From NCBI GenBank assembly GCA_963675785.1, contig OY776562.1, positions 640,001 through 704,000 of the forward strand: a stretch of 64,000 bases of DNA, written 5' to 3'. How positions within the stretch are numbered: position 1 is the stretch's first letter; each line of letters starts with the position of its first letter. Positions 60,272 through 64,000 of the stretch are shown one piece after another. Made by a program: the position numbers and the translations under genes. Source of the stretch: Anaerolineae bacterium. Lineage in GTDB: Bacteria; Chloroflexota; Anaerolineae; UBA1429. Below the pieces are notes generated by a model. That model was not told the origin of the DNA. It did not search any database and saw nothing but the letters and a program-made list of their open reading frames with translations.

Positions 60272-62023
60272 ATGTTCAGGCAATTGCGACGTGCTGCCGC
60301 ATACATTCGGCCGTATTGGCGATATATGCTGGTTGGCCAACTGGCTATGCTGGTGGTCACAGCAGCAAGCCTTGCTTTTCCGACACTCATTGGCGACCTG
60401 ACCGATATGCTGGCTGTTGGTGTGGTTTGGGCCGAAATGAGTCGTACAGCATGGATTCTCGCGGCTATTCTGGGGGTTCAAGCTTTGGCGGACTATGGGC
60501 AGACGTTGACGTTGGGCTTTATGAGCCAGCGTATTTTGGGCGATCTTCGCTCGCGCCTTTATGAAAAGCTTTTATCGCTCTCGCTGGATTATTATGCGAA
60601 TAAAGAGTCAGGAGACCTCGTTTCCAGCATGACCAACGATATTACGGTGTTTCAGCAAGGGCTAACAACTGGCCTGACCTATGTGCTGCAAAAGGGGCTT
60701 TTGCTGATCGGCATTGTTGCCTTGCTGCTTACCGTCGATCCCCTCATGACCGCGGCGCTGTTTGCCATTCTCCCCCCCGTGGTTCTCATTGCCACGAAAA
60801 AGGGCGGCCAGGCGCGTAAAATCTCTCGCCGTGCCCAGGAATACTTGGGCAAGTTGACCAGTCATATGAGCCAGACCCTGGCCGGCATGACGGTCATCAA
60901 GGCTTTTACCCTCGAAAAGCAAGCTGATAGCATGTTCGAACACATCAATTCGGGCGTGTTGGCTGCCTCCAATGACAATGTGCGTGTCAAGGGATCGACC
61001 AACCTGATGGTGGGCTTTTTGAGTACGGGGATTATCGTAGGGGTTGTGGCGTTAGGTGCATTCCGTGTCTCCACCGGGGTCATGAGCGTGGGCGAACTGA
61101 TGTCCTTTCTGCTCTACGCCGAGATGGCGGTAACGCCATTGGCCCTGTTTGCCAGTTTGCAGGTCGAGATCAACCGTGCACTTGCCGCCTTTGACCGCAT
61201 TACCGATATTTTGGATACCGAACCCGAGATCATTGATGGCCCCAGCTCGATCACGCTGGACAAAGTGAGCGGCCAAATCGAGTTCAGGGATGTAGATTTT
61301 TCCTATGACCATGAGCACCTCGTTCTAGAGCACATCAATTTGATCATCAGACCCGGCGAGACGATAGCACTTGTGGGCCCTAGCGGTGTAGGTAAATCCA
61401 CTTTGGCTAGGTTGATCCCGCGCTTCTATGATCCTACCGGGGGTGAGGTTCTGCTCGATGGCGCAGATATTCGCGGACTCTCATTGCAAGAGCTGCGTTC
61501 TTATATTGGCATCGTGCCGCAGGATACCTACCTGTTCGATATGACCATTGCCGAAAATATCGCTTGTGGTAGCCCCAATGCCAACAAGGAAGAGATCATC
61601 AAGGCGGCGCAATTGGCCTTTGCTGACGAATTCATCACTATGCTGGATGGAGGTTATGATGCCATGGCTGGTGAGAGAGGAGTGAGGCTTTCAGGTGGGC
61701 AAAAGCAGCGCTTGGCCATCGCCAGGGCTTTTCTCAAGGATCCACGAGTGCTTATTCTGGATGAGGCGACTTCTGCACTAGACACGGCCTCAGAAGAGCG
61801 CGTGCAACAGGCTTTGGATCACCTTATGAAGGGCCGTACCACGATCATCATTGCCCATCGCCTGTCGACCATTCGTAACGCCGATAAAATCGTCGTGCTG
61901 CAAGATCACGGCATTTTGGCTGTGGGTACGCACGAGGAATTGATGCGGGATTGCCCCTTTTACGCGGGGCTCTATCAAAAGCAATTCGCAACTCCGACGG
62001 CTCCACTGCAAATTGCTTCTTAA
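60272..62023 (+). CDS. ABC exporter, fused permease/ATPase (MsbA-like)
   Basis: 6TM domain, GPSGVGKS, LSGGQKQR, LDEATSALD, IAHRLST. Confidence 0.93.
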   Translation: MFRQLRRAAAYIRPYWRYMLVGQLAMLVVTAASLAFPTLIGDLTDMLAVGVVWAEMSRTAWILAAILGVQALADYGQTLTLGFMSQRILGDLRSRLYEKLLSLSLDYYANKESGDLVSSMTNDITVFQQGLTTGLTYVLQKGLLLIGIVALLLTVDPLMTAALFAILPPVVLIATKKGGQARKISRRAQEYLGKLTSHMSQTLAGMTVIKAFTLEKQADSMFEHINSGVLAASNDNVRVKGSTNLMVGFLSTGIIVGVVALGAFRVSTGVMSVGELMSFLLYAEMAVTPLALFASLQVEINRALAAFDRITDILDTEPEIIDGPSSITLDKVSGQIEFRDVDFSYDHEHLVLEHINLIIRPGETIALVGPSGVGKSTLARLIPRFYDPTGGEVLLDGADIRGLSLQELRSYIGIVPQDTYLFDMTIAENIACGSPNANKEEIIKAAQLAFADEFITMLDGGYDAMAGERGVRLSGGQKQRLAIARAFLKDPRVLILDEATSALDTASEERVQQALDHLMKGRTTIIIAHRLSTIRNADKIVVLQDHGILAVGTHEELMRDCPFYAGLYQKQFATPTAPLQIAS

Positions 62024-62053
62024 CGAAGATGATATTGCGTGCCGGGCAGGTTT

Positions 62054-62389
62054 CTAGAGGCCCGGTATGTCCATTTTACTCAAGAATCCGCTGACCCAAT
62101 CTATAGCCGTTTGCAGACCATTGATGATCGAATCTGCAATCTGGGCAGGGGGAAACAAGAGGTACAGTAGCACAAAAAGCACAATGGCGAGGATGCCAGC
62201 GGTCAACCAGACGGGGCGGGCAGATTTGAGCTGTATGCCGCATTCCGGGCAAAAACGGTGATGCCCAGCAACCACATGGCCATTGGGGCATACTACCTGG
62301 TCTCGAAGGGGCATCTTTTGTCCGCATATCGGGCAATAAACCAACAAACGATCTGTTTCTATATGGTGTCCAGCGGGACAAGTAGGCAT
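62054..62389 (-). CDS. Double zinc-ribbon membrane-anchored protein
   Basis: CPAGH..CPICG and CPNGH..CPECG followed by a TM helix. Confidence 0.8.
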   Translation of the reverse strand: MPTCPAGHHIETDRLLVYCPICGQKMPLRDQVVCPNGHVVAGHHRFCPECGIQLKSARPVWLTAGILAIVLFVLLYLLFPPAQIADSIINGLQTAIDWVSGFLSKMDIPGL

Positions 62390-62399
62390 TGATTACCTT

Positions 62400-63164
62400 C
62401 TAGGGCTCTATATCGGCTACTGATTCGACGATATGTGTTGGCTGGTAGGCATATTTACCAACCTGTTCGCGCTTGGTAACGCCGCTCAACACAAGGATGG
62501 TCTCCAGGCCGGCTTCAACACCAGAGATGATATCGGTCATCATGTTATCGCCGATCATTACCGTCGTCTCTGAATGGACGCCGAGATAGTTTAAAGCGTT
62601 CCGCATCATCAGGGGGTTGGGCTTGCCAGCGATGAGGGCCTCTTTGCCGGTGGCTTTTTCTACCAGAGCTACCATGGCACCGCAAGCGGGTACGATACCG
62701 CCTTCAGCTGGGCCAACTGGGTCGGGGTTGGTGGCCACAAAGCGTGCCCCAGCGGCAACCAGCCGAATCGCTTTGGTTACTTCGGTCAGGTTATAAGAGT
62801 GGGTCTCTCCGAGGATGACATATTCTGGGTCGTGATCAGTGATGATATAGCCAATGTTGTGAATAGCTTCGGTCAATCCGCTTTCGCCAATAACATAGGC
62901 TGTGCTGTTGGGGCGCTGAGACCGCAGGAATTGAGCAGTAGCCATGGCTGAAGTGTAGATGTGTTCCGGTGTGACGGGCAGCCCAATAAGGTTGAGCCTG
63001 TGCGCTAGGTCGCCGGGGGTATAGATGGGATTGTTGGTGAGAACCAAATAGTGCGCCTGGCGCTCGTGCAGGCGTTCTATAAATTCAGCAGCTCCCGGTA
63101 TCGGTGTGTTGCCCCGTACCAAGACGCCGTCCATATCGATCAAATAGTTTTTCGGTTCGGGCAT
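62400..63164 (-). CDS. nagD: HAD-IIA family hydrolase (NagD-like)
   Basis: DMDGVL, LTNN, ATNPD, GKPNP, IGDN..TDI. Confidence 0.9.
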   Translation of the reverse strand: MPEPKNYLIDMDGVLVRGNTPIPGAAEFIERLHERQAHYLVLTNNPIYTPGDLAHRLNLIGLPVTPEHIYTSAMATAQFLRSQRPNSTAYVIGESGLTEAIHNIGYIITDHDPEYVILGETHSYNLTEVTKAIRLVAAGARFVATNPDPVGPAEGGIVPACGAMVALVEKATGKEALIAGKPNPLMMRNALNYLGVHSETTVMIGDNMMTDIISGVEAGLETILVLSGVTKREQVGKYAYQPTHIVESVADIEP

Positions 63165-63288
63165 TGTTTTCTCCGAGTATTTCTTCATGATTTGATGTTA
63201 CCAGCGGCAGGCCCGGATGCCAAACCGCTGTTTGGTACACACAGAGAACGGCATTTTGTACAAGACCGTTCCCATCGTTTAGCATTTT

Positions 63289-64000
63289 TCACAACGCTAC
63301 TGTAATACCTTCCGGGGCCTCTATCCGCGTCTCTATTTTGCCTGATGCCGCGCGTTCATGGTGTACTTTTACCGGCCCGAGCGGCGTGGGAAAGGTGCCC
63401 TCTATCCATTTCAACTCTCCAAGATGCGGCTGTACTTGAATGGCCCTACAACCAGGCTCTAGTGGGCGAACGCCCAGCACATGCCGGCTGAGCCAGGCCG
63501 TAGGGCCTGCCGCCCAGCCATGGCACAGACTGTGTCGGTGCCCCACATAGCAATGGTCGCCGTATTCGGCATGGATGTCGTGTTTATCGGGTTCGGGCAG
63601 TTCGTCAATGCGTGTGGCGTTTTCGGCCCAGTCCAGATCGAAATGCTCCCAAAAGCTGGTGGCACCCAGGTCTAACATGCCGCCCCAGTAAGTGGAGATG
63701 ACCTCCAGGGCCTCATCATAACAGCCCAGTTGGGCCAATGCTTCCAGCACGTAATACCCGTAAAAGGTCGACAGGCGATGGGCGCCATCGGCCAGCAGGC
63801 ATTCGCGTACATCCTGAGCACTATGGGCAGTGTGGCCCAGCAGAGCCAAGGCAGCAGCCTGCTTGTTGACCCCCGTGGGTGGCTGGCTTTGTTGCAAACG
63901 CAGCAGTGCCTGTTGGCAAAGCACTGCCAAGCGATATTCGCCCAACGTCTCGCAGAGGAACGACCCCTTGCGTAGAGCCATGGCCATCAGCCCTTGCAGA
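63289..64000 (-). CDS. Alpha-L-rhamnosidase (GH78), C-terminal part; gene runs off the window
   Basis: WGGMLDLGATSFWE, SLCHGWAAGP, G.FPTP.G.V.V. Confidence 0.85.
   Translation of the reverse strand, partial: LQGLMAMALRKGSFLCETLGEYRLAVLCQQALLRLQQSQPPTGVNKQAAALALLGHTAHSAQDVRECLLADGAHRLSTFYGYYVLEALAQLGCYDEALEVISTYWGGMLDLGATSFWEHFDLDWAENATRIDELPEPDKHDIHAEYGDHCYVGHRHSLCHGWAAGPTAWLSRHVLGVRPLEPGCRAIQVQPHLGELKWIEGTFPTPLGPVKVHHERAASGKIETRIEAPEGITVAL

Overview
A 64 kb chromosomal segment of a GC-moderate bacterium. Gene content and style suggest an anaerobic Chloroflexota (Anaerolineae-like) organism; this is inference from P/T-rich lipoprotein tethers, an FPLI-type C-terminal motif on a secreted S8 protease, a GAAC-N4-GTTC-like LexA box, many PAS hybrid kinases, a tungsten AOR and a glycyl radical enzyme. 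About 46 CDS; no tRNA, rRNA, CRISPR or mobile element was seen. Four things stand out. (1) A Dpp/Opp-type ABC operon whose binding protein is circularly permuted and whose DppC permease carries an inserted lobe resembling a family-3 (amino-acid) binding protein, behind a long structured leader that can occlude the RBS. (2) A glycyl radical enzyme with an unusual GCHW active-site loop, flanked by an aldehyde:ferredoxin oxidoreductase and an activase with a CxxDxxCxxxC motif. (3) Two small paralogous lipoyl/RnfC-N-like proteins flanking an alkaline phosphatase-YibE/F pair. (4) A lipoprotein with four copies of a ~75 aa repeat I do not recognise. All homology calls come from motif recognition by eye; no searches were run.
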